DNA of 64,000 bases from Octopus sinensis (GCF_006345805.1 NC_043003.1:2356001-2420000), one strand, 5' to 3'; shown: positions 36,381-49,325, counted from the stretch's first letter. The notes: generated by a model not told the origin, from the letters alone. Translations and numbers: made by a program.

Positions 36381-36849
36381 TTTCAAATTCTTTAAGGTTT
36401 GTCATCTGACACATAGAAAGAGTGAATTCCCTGTGGGCCATGCAAAGGAAACTCAAGCATCAGTGGTCAACTTTCACCTAACAACACCAATGACAGCCAT
36501 TGTCAGAATCTACAAGAATACGACAGCCTCTGTACCAGGCAACCTTTTGCAAAAAGCGACCAACATGAGACATGGCTTTTCATCAGGTGGGCCGACACTG
36601 CAAAAAATAATAATTCTTATTTTCTTTGTGAAATTAAGCAGCATGCTATTCAGAAAGTGCTGCAAGCCACAGTTTGTCCATGATTGCTCTATATATATAT
36701 ACTGCTTGCTTTGCAAGAAATAGCTACCAAATTTCCCTCAAATCAGGCTCCATCTTCTTGTAAAATAGGACATGCATATGATAATGTAAGCCTAGATCAT
36801 CACCACCACCACCATCATCATCATCATCATTATAATCACCATCACCACC

Positions 36850-36880
<31 letters not shown>

Positions 36881-36914
36881 CCACCACCACCACACCACCA
36901 CCACCACCACCACC

Positions 36915-36948
<34 letters not shown>

Positions 36949-36992
36949 TTATAATCATCATCATCACCACCACCACCACCACCACCACCACC

Positions 36993-37042
<50 letters not shown>

Positions 37043-37269
37043 ATAAAGTCCGCTTTCCTGTGTTGGCATGGGTTGGACAGCTCATTAGGGTCTGGCAATC
37101 CACAAGACTGCGTTGAGCTGCAATGACAGCTTTGGCACGATTTCTTCCGATGCCGACCACTTCCCAGCTTGTATACTGGAAGCATCTTTCATGGCTTCGG
37201 CACCAGTCGGCTCCACCAAGTAACTTGCAAGTCAGGAAAAGGGAAAGAAAAGAAACGGGAAATAAAAAA

Positions 37270-38300
37270 GCCCCCCCCCCCCAACCTCGACTGACGGGAA
37301 GTATTTGATTTATGCGAACCGTCCCGGGTCGTTTGACCAACTTCCTGAACGCAATAAGTTTGGTGGACAAGAGTTAAGTTAAGCTGTCAGGTCAATAAAA
37401 CCAGCCGCAACACAAATTTCCCAATAGTTACAACAAGAAATGTTTTGTTAAGATATTTCCAGTGAGTTTCTCGCAACGTGTGTGACAGTCGTGAAAGTGA
37501 CAGGCATCCGTAAAAGAAAAGTTTGTTGATTTTAGAAATCAATAAGATCCGAACTTAGCCAGCTTTGTTCGTGCAGTTTCATGCTATCATTGATTTCTGT
37601 GTTGATTACCTTAAGCTGAATTTAAGGATGATAAATGTTGTGATAATTACTATATCAACGGTTGCTAGGTTTGTGTGGTGATGTTTGAGGATGGGACAGA
37701 AGCAGAAAATGCTGTTAATGCTTGCCAGAAGATGGCCAGCTTAAGTACAACACGGTCGTTATACACACTGAAATATAGATTACACGGCACCTGTTGATGA
37801 CAGCATGTAAATTATTAATTTAAGAATGACTTTGGACATTTTCAAAACGAACATTTAGGATTATGCAAGAAATTAATTAAAGAAAAAAGCGATTATATAT
37901 TTGATAAACTTATATACGTTGGAGAGATACAGATTAATTGTACATGTAATCAAGAAGAAGAAGAAGAAGAAGAAGTGGTCGTTATGTAATCCGCAAATAC
38001 AATTTCAAAACACGTCTGTCTGGTCTCTAGAATTATCCAAATCATATCTACCGCTGTCACTCGGAGTTTATCTTATTTATGCGTGCCTTGACAAGTTGTT
38101 GGAAAACTATAATTAGTTTTAATTTTCATTAAGCTCTTCAACAGATTTAATTAATACGTCATACTTGACGAAGGTGAAAAGAAAACGAACCGTGGAATTA
38201 TATTAGAAATCAGTTTGATTTTAAACAGAACTAAAGTCACTTGAACATTTCTCGTTGGTGAAAGTTGTTTAAAAGATTCTAATTTATTATCCTTCAAAAG
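37270..38300. promoter_or_regulatory. CpG-retaining non-repetitive island, putative (possibly bidirectional) promoter and 5' UTR
   Basis: Many CpGs relative to the flanks, no TE similarity, followed by an ATG exon on plus and by splice signals on minus to the left. Confidence 0.4.
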
Positions 38301-38303
38301 ACA

Positions 38304-38369
38304 ATGGAGGAAATTGTGAACTATCCAGAAGTCCATGAAAAACTCATGAAGCTTTCCTGCTATTCTCGG
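38304..38369 (+). CDS. Candidate first coding exon MEEIVNYPEVHEKLMKLSCYSR, product unknown
   Basis: ACAATGG start context, open frame, consensus donor CGG|GTAAGT at 38370. Confidence 0.5.
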
Positions 38370-38614
38370 GTAAGTTACATTATATTCTTTACATATTTTA
38401 TAGTAATTCAAATGAATCTGATTTTGGGTGAATTGTCTTTTGCCGATTCACGCATCTTAAAACGGTTTGGTTTCAACTTATTCTCTGACAGGATTCTGGC
38501 GTTTGTTTCAAAGCCATGTGGTTCCTGTTTTGGATCTTCTATCATTGCCTCACGTTGACCAGTGCTTTATTAGTGGAGTCTGAGACATGGAAATAGGTCA
38601 GAATCCTATTCTTT

Positions 38615-38990
38615 TATTTGTTTCAGTCATTTGACTGCGGCCATGCTGGAGCATCACTTTTAATCAAGCAAATCGACCCCGGGACTTATTCTTTGTAAGC
38701 GTAGTACTTATTCTATCGATCTGTTTCGCCGAACCGCTAAGTTACAGGGACGTAAACACACCAGTACCGGTTGTCAAGTGATGTTGGAGACAAACACAGA
38801 CACACAAACGAACACACACATACACATACGATGGGCTTCTTTTCAGTTTCCGTCAACTAAGTCCACTCACAAGGCTTTGGTCGGCCTGAAGCTATAGTAG
38901 AAGACACTTGCCCAAGGTGTCACGCAGCGGGACTGAACCCGGAACCATGTGGTTAGTAAGCAAGTTACTTACCACACAGCCACGCCTGTG
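38615..38990 (-). mobile_element. SINE family A, full length
   Basis: Reverse complement of 45186-45605. Confidence 0.85.
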
Positions 38991-39705
38991 CCTAATCTAG
39001 TTTTTAATGACTCATTCTCTATAGCAAATATAACCACTCCTAAGTATATATACATCACCATCATTTAACGCCTGTTTTCCATGCTTGCATGGGGATCCGC
39101 ATCAGGCTCCAGTCACCTGTTTTGGCATGGTTTCAGCAACTGGATGCCCTTCCTAATGCCAACCATTTTACAGAATGTACCGGGTGCTTTTTAAGTGGCA
39201 CCAGTCACATATACATCAGGTGTGTGTGTGCGTGTGTGTATGTGTGTGTGCGTGTGTGTGTGCATTAATGTTTGTTTTTATGTTGTGTTATATGGGTCTC
39301 AAATTATGGCACCAGTCCAGGAATTTCAGGGGAGTGGGGTAGGTTGATTGTATTGACGCCTCTCCTCCACAGGGTTCAGTTGGTATCTATTTCATTAACC
39401 CAGTGAAAGAACGGAAAGCAAAGATGATCTCAGAATTTGAACTGAGGACACAGAGATGGATGAAATGCTGTTGAGCATTCTGCCCAGTCTGCAAATGGTT
39501 CTGCCAGTCTGCCACCTTAGTGTTGTGTTTTAACAAAAACAATTTTACTTTAAAATGAAGAATTTTGTAGAGCGTCTGTTTAGCATCCTTCTACAGGAAG
39601 AGAGGTAACAATAACTTTGAAATCATTGAACTGTTGAAGGCTAACCAACTGGCACTTCAAAGTCACTGTCAGCAGTCCTTAAATTACAACCCATTAATGC
39701 CCATG

Positions 39706-39776
39706 GGCATATGGCATAGTGGTTAAGAGCACAGACTACTAATCCCAAGATTCCGAGTTCAATTCCAGGTAGTGAC
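39706..39776 (+). ncRNA. Second copy of the tRNA-like cassette, followed by (AAT)n
   Basis: Aligns with 33366-33436 including the upstream TGCCCA and downstream GA(C/T)CTGAATAAT; B-box GTTCAATTCC. Confidence 0.65.
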
Positions 39777-39794
39777 CTGAATAATAATATTAAT

Positions 39795-40427
39795 AATTTT
39801 TCTGCCACCAGCGGCCTAGTGGGAAAAAATTAAATAGTCATAGACCATTTTTAAGTTCAACATCACAATCAAGGAACGGCCATAATAGGTGGCAGAAAAA
39901 TTCTACAAAATTTTTTTGCCACCCTATATTGATTAATTATGAATTTTCTGGTTAATTCCGTAATGGAATCGGCGGCTTATATTTATTTGCTGCCGATAAA
40001 TTTGGCGCGAGTGCGATGATTTGAAAATTTTAGGTCAGATATTGCCGAGGCAGGGTCGGAAATGCCTCGTGAAAATATCTGTTCCGACTTGGCTATTTCT
40101 TACTGATGATTCTAAGGGCCTATGGAAGATTGGCTTGATTTAATTTAATCAGGTTAGTTTACCATTAAATAGTAGATGAAACGGTGCATCGTATAAGAAA
40201 TTACAGGGTAAATGTTTTTTAAATTTTCTCCTGTTTACGGAATTGATGTTTATTTGCGGTTGAAGCTTTGGCTGTTATTTCTAGTGGGTGAATGGCCTAT
40301 TATGGCCGTTCCTTGATTGTGATGTTGAACTTAAAAATGGTCTATGACTATTTAATTTTTTCCCACTAGGCCGCTGTGGCAGAAAAATTCTACAAAATTT
40401 TTTTGCCACCCTATATTGATTAATTAT
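39795..40427 (+). mobile_element. Non-coding 487-bp HHR-bearing unit with ~50-bp terminal redundancy and a 5' inversion (retrozyme-like)
   Basis: GTGGCAGAAAAATTC...GATTAATTAT at 39889 and 40376; 39795-39888 is the reverse complement of about 40296-40389; 3' end at (TA)n. Confidence 0.8.
40095..40201 (+). ncRNA. Type I hammerhead ribozyme variant with 58-nt loop II
   Basis: ATTTCTTA-CTGATGA-T-TCTA-(58 nt)-TAGA-T-GAAA-CGGTGCATC-GTA-TAAGAAAT; perfect 8-bp stem I. Confidence 0.8.
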
Positions 40428-40461
40428 ATAATATATATATATAATATAATATATATATATA

Positions 40462-40508
<47 letters not shown>

Positions 40509-40590
40509 ACACATATATATATTTATACACATATATATATATATATATATAATATATATAATATATACACATATATATATATATATACAC

Positions 40591-40623
<33 letters not shown>

Positions 40624-40782
40624 TATATAATATATATATATACACGAATGTCTTTGAAGACAGGAAACAATTGTAGTGGTGATTTATTACTTATATTAAA
40701 TTTTTTTAATGTATTGATTAAGTCTTCCCTTGTTTGATTTGCAAAATAGTGGTTTTGTCTCTAATTAATATTATATACACAC

Positions 40783-40813
<31 letters not shown>

Positions 40814-41078
40814 TTTATAAAGGGCTTAGTAAAATAAATTACTTTGCCACATACTGAACTCATTAGAAATAGCAGCCAAAAAAAATTTTTTTAGCTGAAT
40901 TCTAATACTTAAAGAAAATTTCTCTCAGATAGTGCTTACTCAGAATAGCCCACGAAGGTATGGGGGTAAAAACATTAAAAAAACCTTAAATGGTCCCTTT
41001 ACATACTGAATACTTGGTGAAATTGATTAATAATTAATTAATTTTACCCTCAATTGTTGAATATATATATATATACAC

Positions 41079-41136
<58 letters not shown>

Positions 41137-41160
41137 CACACACACATATATATATATATA

Positions 41161-41650
41161 TAGTACGTTTAAATATTTGTTGTGTGCAAGATTTTTTATG
41201 TGAAGTCGTGTGTTTAACAATATTGTTATATTTCGGAATGGTCATTTTGCCAGTTTAGCCAATAAAACACACGCACTATATATTTGGTGTTATTTTGCTT
41301 CAGTGTTATTTATTTTTTACATTAATCTGAATCTTATTTCGGCCAAAGTTCTTTCGTCACACTCCTGTGACCGCATCAGTGGTCCTTTGTTTTCTTCTCT
41401 CTTATTTGTGTGTCTCTCCTTACTAACCGTCAGCCATTTTGTATTTCTATTGTATGTCTTCATTTGCGCATGCTTATATCTCTATGTGCGTCTATGTTTA
41501 TTTAGTGTGTGTGTGGGGGGGGGGATGCCTGTAATATTTCTATCTTCTGTTTATATACATTCTTGTAATTTGTATTTTGTTTTTGTTGTTGTTGCTTTTG
41601 TTCGAATTTTGTTCATGTGTTTACATCCACTCATTATTATCATTACATAT
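41161..41650 (-). mobile_element. PLE-type terminal repeat, same family as 31021-31515
   Basis: Direct sequence match; end abuts (TA)n. Confidence 0.75.
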
Positions 41651-41681
41651 GCTTGTATAATAATAATAATAATAATAATAA

Positions 41682-44150
41682 TTGTGTACAGTGCTCAGGT
41701 GCACTACAACTCATCTAAAGTGTATATATAATCAGGTGTAGTTTCGGCGGATTTCGGAAAGCATGAGGGCCTTAAAGGATGCAGTGTCATGGCAGTCAAC
41801 AACTGACACAGGCAGTTTGTTCCATGCTTCAACAACTCTGAGCATGAAAAAATGTTTCCGAAAGTCATGAGAGCTGTATTGTTTTCTGACTTTGTAGGCA
41901 TGTCCACGTGTGTTAGACACATGGAGATCAAAAAGGTGTTCAGTGTTGTTGTTGGTGAGGTGGTTGATAACTTTGTGGGTGTTTACCAAGTCCGTCACCA
42001 GACGCCGGAGCTTCAGTGAATCCATGCCCAGGGAAACAAGGCGCTCAGAATATGGTAGGTGTCCTGATGGAGGGTATGCGTTTGGTTGCACGTCTCTGGA
42101 CAGATTCCAGGAGGTCAATGTTCTGTGCAGATAGGGGTTCCAAACTGATGATGCAAATTCCAAGTGTGGTCGTACCATAGCTGTATACAGTTTTAAATAG
42201 ATGGCTGGAGAGCGGCTAACAAAAGACCTGCTGAGTGATGCCAAGACACCCTCGGCCTTCCTGACAATCTTAGAGATATGCTTTGTCCAACGCAAATCAC
42301 TGCTGACAGTGATGCCTAGGTCACGCTCACAAGAGGATTTCTTGATATCAGTGTCGTGGAGGGAGTATGTGAACGCAGGGTTTTTTTCTCCCAAAATGCA
42401 TGGTGGTACACTTGTCCACAGCCAGTTTCAGTTGCCAGTCTGTGATCCATTGCTGCATTGTGTCTAGGTCTGATTGCAGGAAAGAGTTGTAGACATCAGG
42501 ATCTGTCCTCTTGATTTCAAGGTACAGCTTGATGTCGTCTGCATATTTCAATACTGTGCATTCTTTAAATTGGCATCTATGTCGTTAATGTATGCCACAA
42601 ACAAGAGGGGACCAAGGCAGATCCCTGTGGTACACCCGATGACATCTCATATGGTGTAGAGTGCTGTCCTAGAACTGTGACAACCTCCTTTCGGCTGAGG
42701 ATGAAGGATTTCAACCATTAAAAAGGTCATCCCCCACACCCATTGCAGAGAGTTTCACCATAAGCCTTTTGTGTGGCACAGAGTTGAAAGCCTTAGCAAA
42801 GTCAAGGTAGACAACATCCACCCATGAGCCCTGTCAGTAATCTGAGTAATGTCCTCAAGGAACTTGACAAGCTGGTCACTGCAGCTGGAGTTAGGGACAA
42901 ATCCATATTGTGAGGGTCGGATGAGACTGTGAGAGCTCCAGAAGTTCCAGAGTGTTTCTCTGACACACGATTCCATCAGTTTTGCAATACAGCTAGTGAG
43001 ACTGACTGGGCGATATTTGACAGGTGATGTGCGGTCGCCCTTTTTGAACAGAGGAATGACACTGGCATTGTTTTCCACTGCTCTGGAGTAGCACCATTGT
43101 TGAGACAGTACTGGAAGAAAATAGAAAGCTGGTGTAAAAGGAAGTGCCTGCCACGTTTGAGAAGCAGGTATGTAACTCCATCGAGACCAGGGGAGGCATA
43201 GTTGTGCTTATTTTGAAGGTGACGTCGCAGCATTGCAGGTGTAAATTCCATAGTTTGTTATGGAGTTTGCTGTTAGTGATGGTGAAGATGGTACATCTTG
43301 ACTTTCAACAGTGAATATGTTTGCATAGCACTCGGCAATGAGTTCTGCGCATTCCTTGGGGTCGTCAGTGATCTGGTTTGTGTGAGGGTTGCAAAGAGGG
43401 CCCACTGGAGAGTGAGGTCTCTGCTTTGAGTGCACATATTTCCAGAAAACCTTACTGTCAGGATTGGCTGCTATGCACTGTTCCAATTCAAGCACTGCTT
43501 TTTTGTTACTTGCTTGAGATGGTTGGAGGATTTATTCCGCTTCTTCCTGTTGGTGTCTGATTTATGCACCCTGTATTCCTGTTCAGCAGTCCGACGTTCC
43601 CTCCTGGCAAGTCGGACCGCTGAAGTTTCCCAATTGCCCTTTTGGGGCGGTTCTTCTTTTTTTGTTTACGTGGCACTGATGCTGCACATGCTGCCCATAT
43701 TGAGTCCAGGATACTCTGGAGTATAGTATTCACATCTCCAGAGTTGTAGAATTCACGCCAGTTTGGGTGCTGTAGTTCAGTGTGGTACGGTTCCAATCTG
43801 CTCTCTTCCAATCGAAGGAAGCAGATTGGAGATGGTTCAGATTTTTGTGCCCGCAAGAGCCAGATTGGCGATGATCATAGCATGATCAGAGTCACCTAGA
43901 GGTTCCTCCGTAGTGAATTGATAACCGCTTCAGGAGTTGTGGTAAGAGCAGGTCCAAGGTGTTGTCGCCTCTTGTTGGAGAGGTGACTACTTGTGACCAG
44001 TTTGAGTCCAGCACAAGCTCAACAAAACCGTTTGCACTCTGTGGCCAATGGAAGGTCTCCCAATCGATCTCAGGATGATTGAAATCGCCTGCAATAAACA
44101 CATAAGTGGCTGTTTTCCTGGCAGCAGCTCGGAGGACATTGCAAAGCTCG
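41682..44150 (-). mobile_element. CR1/L2-like LINE fragment (EN end, RT, 3' UTR, (ATT)n tail)
   Basis: IAGDFNHPEIDW, PTRGDNTLDL, SPGLDG, YRPVSLTSCIAKL, YADDIKL, ERDLGITV, VRPHLEF, VEAWNKLP. Confidence 0.9.
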
Positions 44151-44176
44151 AATAATAATAATAATAAATCTAATCG

Positions 44177-44209
<33 letters not shown>

Positions 44210-44245
44210 TATATGATATATATATATATACACATATATATACAT

Positions 44246-44294
<49 letters not shown>

Positions 44295-44442
44295 ATATAT
44301 ATATATATATAATATATATATATATATATAAATAATTTAGCAATTAAGGACAACTATTAATAAGGAAAACTTAACAGAAATTGTCTTGCTTATTTTTACA
44401 TTTCGGTTTTTTTGCTGCTATTTTCTTGAGAACACACATATA

Positions 44443-44491
<49 letters not shown>

Positions 44492-44599
44492 CACATATAC
44501 ACACCATATACACATATACATACATATATACATACACACATACATATATATAGTTATTCATTTCTATTTCTTTAATTATCTGTGTATTTATTATGTTTG

Positions 44600-44745
44600 C
44601 AGGATCCACTATCGTCATATGTTGTGGTGTGTGCTATTGCTCCATTCTAGTTTTCTATTCAGGCTAGGTTTATTTTCTATTATATGTGTAGCTTCTGTAA
44701 TTTGTCTAATTGTTGCATCTGTTCTATGTGTGGACAATATCTTAA
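44600..44745 (-). pseudogene. PLE GIY-YIG C-terminal fragment
   Basis: IEIKILSTHRTDATIRQITEATHIIENKPSLNRK. Confidence 0.6.
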
Positions 44746-44796
44746 TCTCTATGTTATTGACCATTCCGAAATATAACAATATATATATATAATATA

Positions 44797-44837
<41 letters not shown>

Positions 44838-45185
44838 TATTATATATATATATTATATATATATATATAAATAAAATAAATAGAAATAGAAATTCGATAT
44901 TATCAATTAAAACCAGTGGCTTAGTATTTTTTTAAATATCCAAAGATTAAAATTTTTTTACAAGCAAAATTTAGAGGATTGACCACTAAAAGTGGACAGC
45001 CTGTATGCTAAACATAGACGTTAAATCGCCATTACCACGAGGAATGTGTTCTCAAGAAAAATAGCAGCAAAAAAACCGAAATGTAAAAATAAGCAAGACA
45101 AATGAAAATATACGAAATAAAAAAACTATTATCTATGTACCCTTGGTTTCACTTGTTAATATTTACGTATAAGGACAATATATAT

Positions 45186-45350
45186 ATAGGCGCAGGAGTG
45201 ACTGTGTGGTAAGTAGCTTGTTAACCAACCACATGGTTCCGGGTTCAGTCCCACTGCGTGGCATCTTGGGTAAGTGTCTTCTGCTATAGCCCCGGGCCGA
45301 CCAATGCCTTGTGAGTGGATTTGGTAGACAGAAACTGAAAGAAGCCTGTC

Positions 45351-45394
<44 letters not shown>

Positions 45395-45605
45395 TTGTTT
45401 GTGTGTCTGTGTTTGTCCCCCTAGCATTGCTTGACAACCGATGCTGGTGTGTTTATGTCTCCGTTACTTAGCGGTTCGGCAAAAGAGACCGATAGAATAA
45501 GTACTGGGCTTACAAAAAGAATAAGTCCTGGGGTCGAGTTGCTTGATTAAAGGCGGTGCTCCAGCATGGCCACAGTCAAATGACTGAAACAAGTAAAAGA
45601 ATAAA
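45186..45605 (+). mobile_element. SINE family A, well-preserved full-length copy
   Basis: tRNA-like head (TGTGTGGTAAG / GGGTTCAGTCCC), (TA)/(TG) middle, conserved tail. Confidence 0.9.
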
Positions 45606-46329
45606 GAATATATATATATATGATGGGCTTTCATTTTCTGTCTACCAAATCCACTCACAAGGCTTTGGTCAGCCCCAGGCTATAGCAGAAGACACTTGCC
45701 CAAGGTGCAATCCAGTGGGACTGAACCCAGAACCGTGTGGTTGGGAATCAAGCTACTTACCACACAGCCATATTTTTTTTATTATCTTTATAATTTGTAT
45801 ATATATTTATTTTATTTATAAATACAAAACAACACCACGGTGGAATTGATGTGAGCTTAAATAATAAACTGCAATAGGTGAACCGTGATATGGCGAGGGA
45901 TTATTGTATACAGAGAAACGAAATCAGAAATCAGGTTAGAAAATGAGAAATATTGATTTTTGCCAGTTTGCCTCGTGATGTTCTGGCCACGACCGGTCCA
46001 GCAATTATTCTGTCCAACCATTTATTGCCTATCACTGATCGAAACTTTATTATGGCTACCATGGAAAAAACATGGTTATTCGCAATAAAAATGAGGTGGG
46101 ACAAGGAAGTCGGTTGCCAGAATCATTTTCATGCTTAGCAAAATGTTTAGCGCCATTTTGTTGTCTTTATGTTCTGAGTTCAAATTCCGCCAAGGTTGAC
46201 TTTTCCTTTCATCCTTTCAGGGTTGATAGCATAAGTACCAGTTGCATACTGGGGTTGATGTGATTGACTAGCCCCATTCCTTAAAATTGCTGGCCTTGTG
46301 CCAAAATTTGAAACTAACAATTATGAGGT

Positions 46330-46630
46330 GAAATAAATATACCGGGACTGTTCTGCTTGTTGCCTTTGCTATCCTTTGTGCCGCCAAAGATATCTTGGCT
46401 TGCCCGGCATGCCACTTGCACCATGGCTTTTATCATCCTGGTTGTGTCACCCTTCAGAATATTGTCCAGGTTGATGTTTAAGTCCCTGTCCAACTAGGCT
46501 CAACTCTGATCTGTCGCTGGCGGCAAATTCAACCATGGTTTCTTTTTGGAGCCCTTGGGGTTTTCAAGTTTATCCCTTTCTCTTGTGTATTGAGCAAGTT
46601 GAGCAGAGAAGCCCCAGGCACTGTGGTTTG
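46330..46630 (-). pseudogene. Degraded HERO/R2-superfamily non-LTR ORF fragment
   Basis: KKPWLNLPPA..LDRDLNINLDNILKG..IFG resembles the pre-RT region of HERO/NeSL-like elements. Confidence 0.45.
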
Positions 46631-46662
46631 CCTCTTGGCTTTGCACCTTGTATGTATGTGTG

Positions 46663-46701
<39 letters not shown>

Positions 46702-47054
46702 ACATGTACACTTGTATGAGCATGTGTGTATTACTGTCCCCTTGGCTTCAATCCAGATGGTCGTTGTAAACGAGTGTCACCGTTTTGCAAGTGGTGCCTG
46801 CTGTTTCCTGTCTTCTGCGAAAACATGTCAGACCATGGGGGAAATATTGAACCTTACTTGGAAACAGGCGAGGATTGGTAAAGGAACCCATGTCTGGCCA
46901 TAGAAAATCCACTTCAACAAATTTCGTCCAACCCATTCTAGCACGGAAACATGGGCGTTAGGATGAGGATGCTGGTAATGATGGTGGTAGTGGTGGTGAC
47001 AATGATGACGATGATGTTGATGTTGATGCTGTTGGTGTTGATGTTGATGTTGAG

Positions 47055-47415
47055 CGAAGCGGTCTTCGTCCCAGAGCTCGCAAGATGGGAGAAGTCTGAA
47101 TCGTGGTCCTTTGCTATTCGTAAGATCCGCAGAAGAGAAAGCAGATCAACCCCCGACTCCGAGAGCATCGACGGATGGATGAATGCAAATCCAGGCTCAG
47201 CGGTTGCGTAGGAAGTCGGGGACAAGAAACAGGAAGAAAGAGTGAGAGAAAGTTGGAGTGAAAGAGTACAACAGAGGTCGCCACCACCCCCTGCCGGAGC
47301 ATCGTGGAGCTTTAGGTGTTTACGCTCAATAAACACACAATGCCCGGTCTGGGAATCGAAACCATGATCCTTTGACTGTGAGTCCACTGCCCTAACCACT
47401 GGGCCATTGCGCCTC
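47055..47415 (-). mobile_element. Young tRNA-derived SINE family D
   Basis: GGAGGCGCAATGGCCCAGTGGTTAGGG (A-box), GGTTTCGATTCCC (B-box), CpGs retained, (CAACAT)n tail. Confidence 0.85.
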
Positions 47416-48494
47416 CACTAATGATGTTGATGCTGTTCATGGTCTGCTAAAATAGCCTATTATATAGAGTTGATATTGTCAATGTAATTAGGGTTAGAGG
47501 AATCATAGAAGTAATGAGGTATACATTGTCCATTCTGGAGCAATCAGTGCCATATTGCCTCATGTACAAGTCACACAATTCTGTTTTTAATTTTCACTGA
47601 AAAAACTTGGATGCAGCTTAGCCATGGGTCAAAGTTAAAACTTATGACAAAGAAAAAGTTTGTACCAAGATTTAGCACTAAATTAAGGGTCCAACTAACA
47701 AGCAAATATGATATAGGTTGCTGTAGTCATAAGTACAGTATTGCATATGTATCATGACAATTAACCCCCCCATAGGACAATTACCCCCACTTGGTTAATT
47801 ACCCCCTCGCCAATATATTAAGAAGTTTGAAATCATCATCTGTTATCTTTGGTGGGGGTTATTGTCCGAGACTCATTGCATAAATTAGATATTTGTTAAT
47901 GAGTCGACAGACATATAAGTCAAGGAATTTCTTTCTTTTTTTTTTTAGTTCTAGGGGTCATAAGGCTGGTTACCCAATTTTCTTGGTATATAAAGGACCG
48001 AGATCACAACTTTCCCAAAACAGGATGCCAATTCATGGCAAGATTCAAAGCCAGATCAAATCAACCTGATCTTTCTCAATCTTAAGGGAAGGGCCAAGTT
48101 GATTACATCGACCCCAATACATAACTGGTAATTTATTTTATTGACCCTGAAAGGATGAAAGGTAAAGAGGACCTGGCATGATTTGAACTTGGAATTTATA
48201 GAACTGGAAGAAATGTCTCTAAGCATTTTGTCCAGCATGCAAATGATTCTGTCAGCTCACGGCTTTAAGCCAGAAATAGTTGCACATATTGATGCAAGGA
48301 ATTGTATATTGGTATGGAATGGAATTTGTATAAACAACAGAGAACCACTGTGGAAACTTAAATGACCGAGACCTTTGGTGATGTGCCATGCTGGAGAAGA
48401 CTTGTCAAGCCAAGCGGAATCGTAGTTGTGGCTGATGCTGGTGTTACATAACTGGCAACCATGCCAGTGGCATGTAAAAAGCGCCCACTACACT

Positions 48495-49325
48495 GCTTGG
48501 CACAGATTGACCTTGAACTCTGCTGTGCATGTGCACTAAGTTTTAACGTTCCGGCTCACTTCCGCTGTTTACAGCAGTACTTGGAAGGAAGGTGTGTAGC
48601 GTGTGATTGTCACATTGACCATTACAGAAAAAAGTTGAGCAGAGAATCTGCATCGAATTTTTCCAAAGGCTTGATGATACCTGCTCAGAGGCCTTATGCA
48701 AAGTTTTCAAAAAGCTTTCTTTGTTCTCGACACAATCAAGGAAATCTTGTGCAACTGAAACCCAAGTGTCTTCTTGGTCAGCTGAAAGCAGTTTTGGCAC
48801 AAACTTGACAGACACATGTCTGATACCCAAATCTTCAGGGATAATGGACTGAACTGAACCACAACTAATCTGCACATCTTCTGATAACTCATGGATGGTG
48901 ATTCGATGATTTCCCCTCACAGCTGCACGCACATCTGCGATGCTTTTCTCACTTCTGCTGGTTGTGGGTCTCCCAGAACGTTCATCACTATCGACATTTT
49001 TGCAGCCATCTTGGGAACATCTGAACCACTCATACACTTGTGTGCAGCTCATACACCCTTCTCCATACACTTTCTGCAACTTTGCATAAACTTCTGAGCA
49101 AGTGTTGCCATGACAACTTTCTCTGTCGTGGTCAATGCGACGATCACATGCTACACACCTTCCTTCCAAGCACTGCTGTAAACAGCAGAAGTGAGCCAGA
49201 ACATTAAAGCTTTGTGTGCATGCACAGCAGAGTTCAAGGTCAATCTGTGCCAAGTGGCTTCACTCTGTGTGCTTTAGCTTCATTACCATGGCAACAGTTT
49301 GGATACTTTTTGACCAGACCTCATA
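48495..49325 (-). mobile_element. Mariner 5' half with an inverted subterminal duplication (48495-48625 vs about 49128-49257)
   Basis: TIR TA|TGAGGTCTGGTCAAAAAGTATCC; VYEWFR..DSDERSGRP..VKFVPKLL. Confidence 0.85.

Noticed and set aside
40645-40680. HHR 3' half GAAAC-AATT-GTA after a TGTCT/AGACA hairpin
   Set aside because: The CUGANGA half and stem I are absent.
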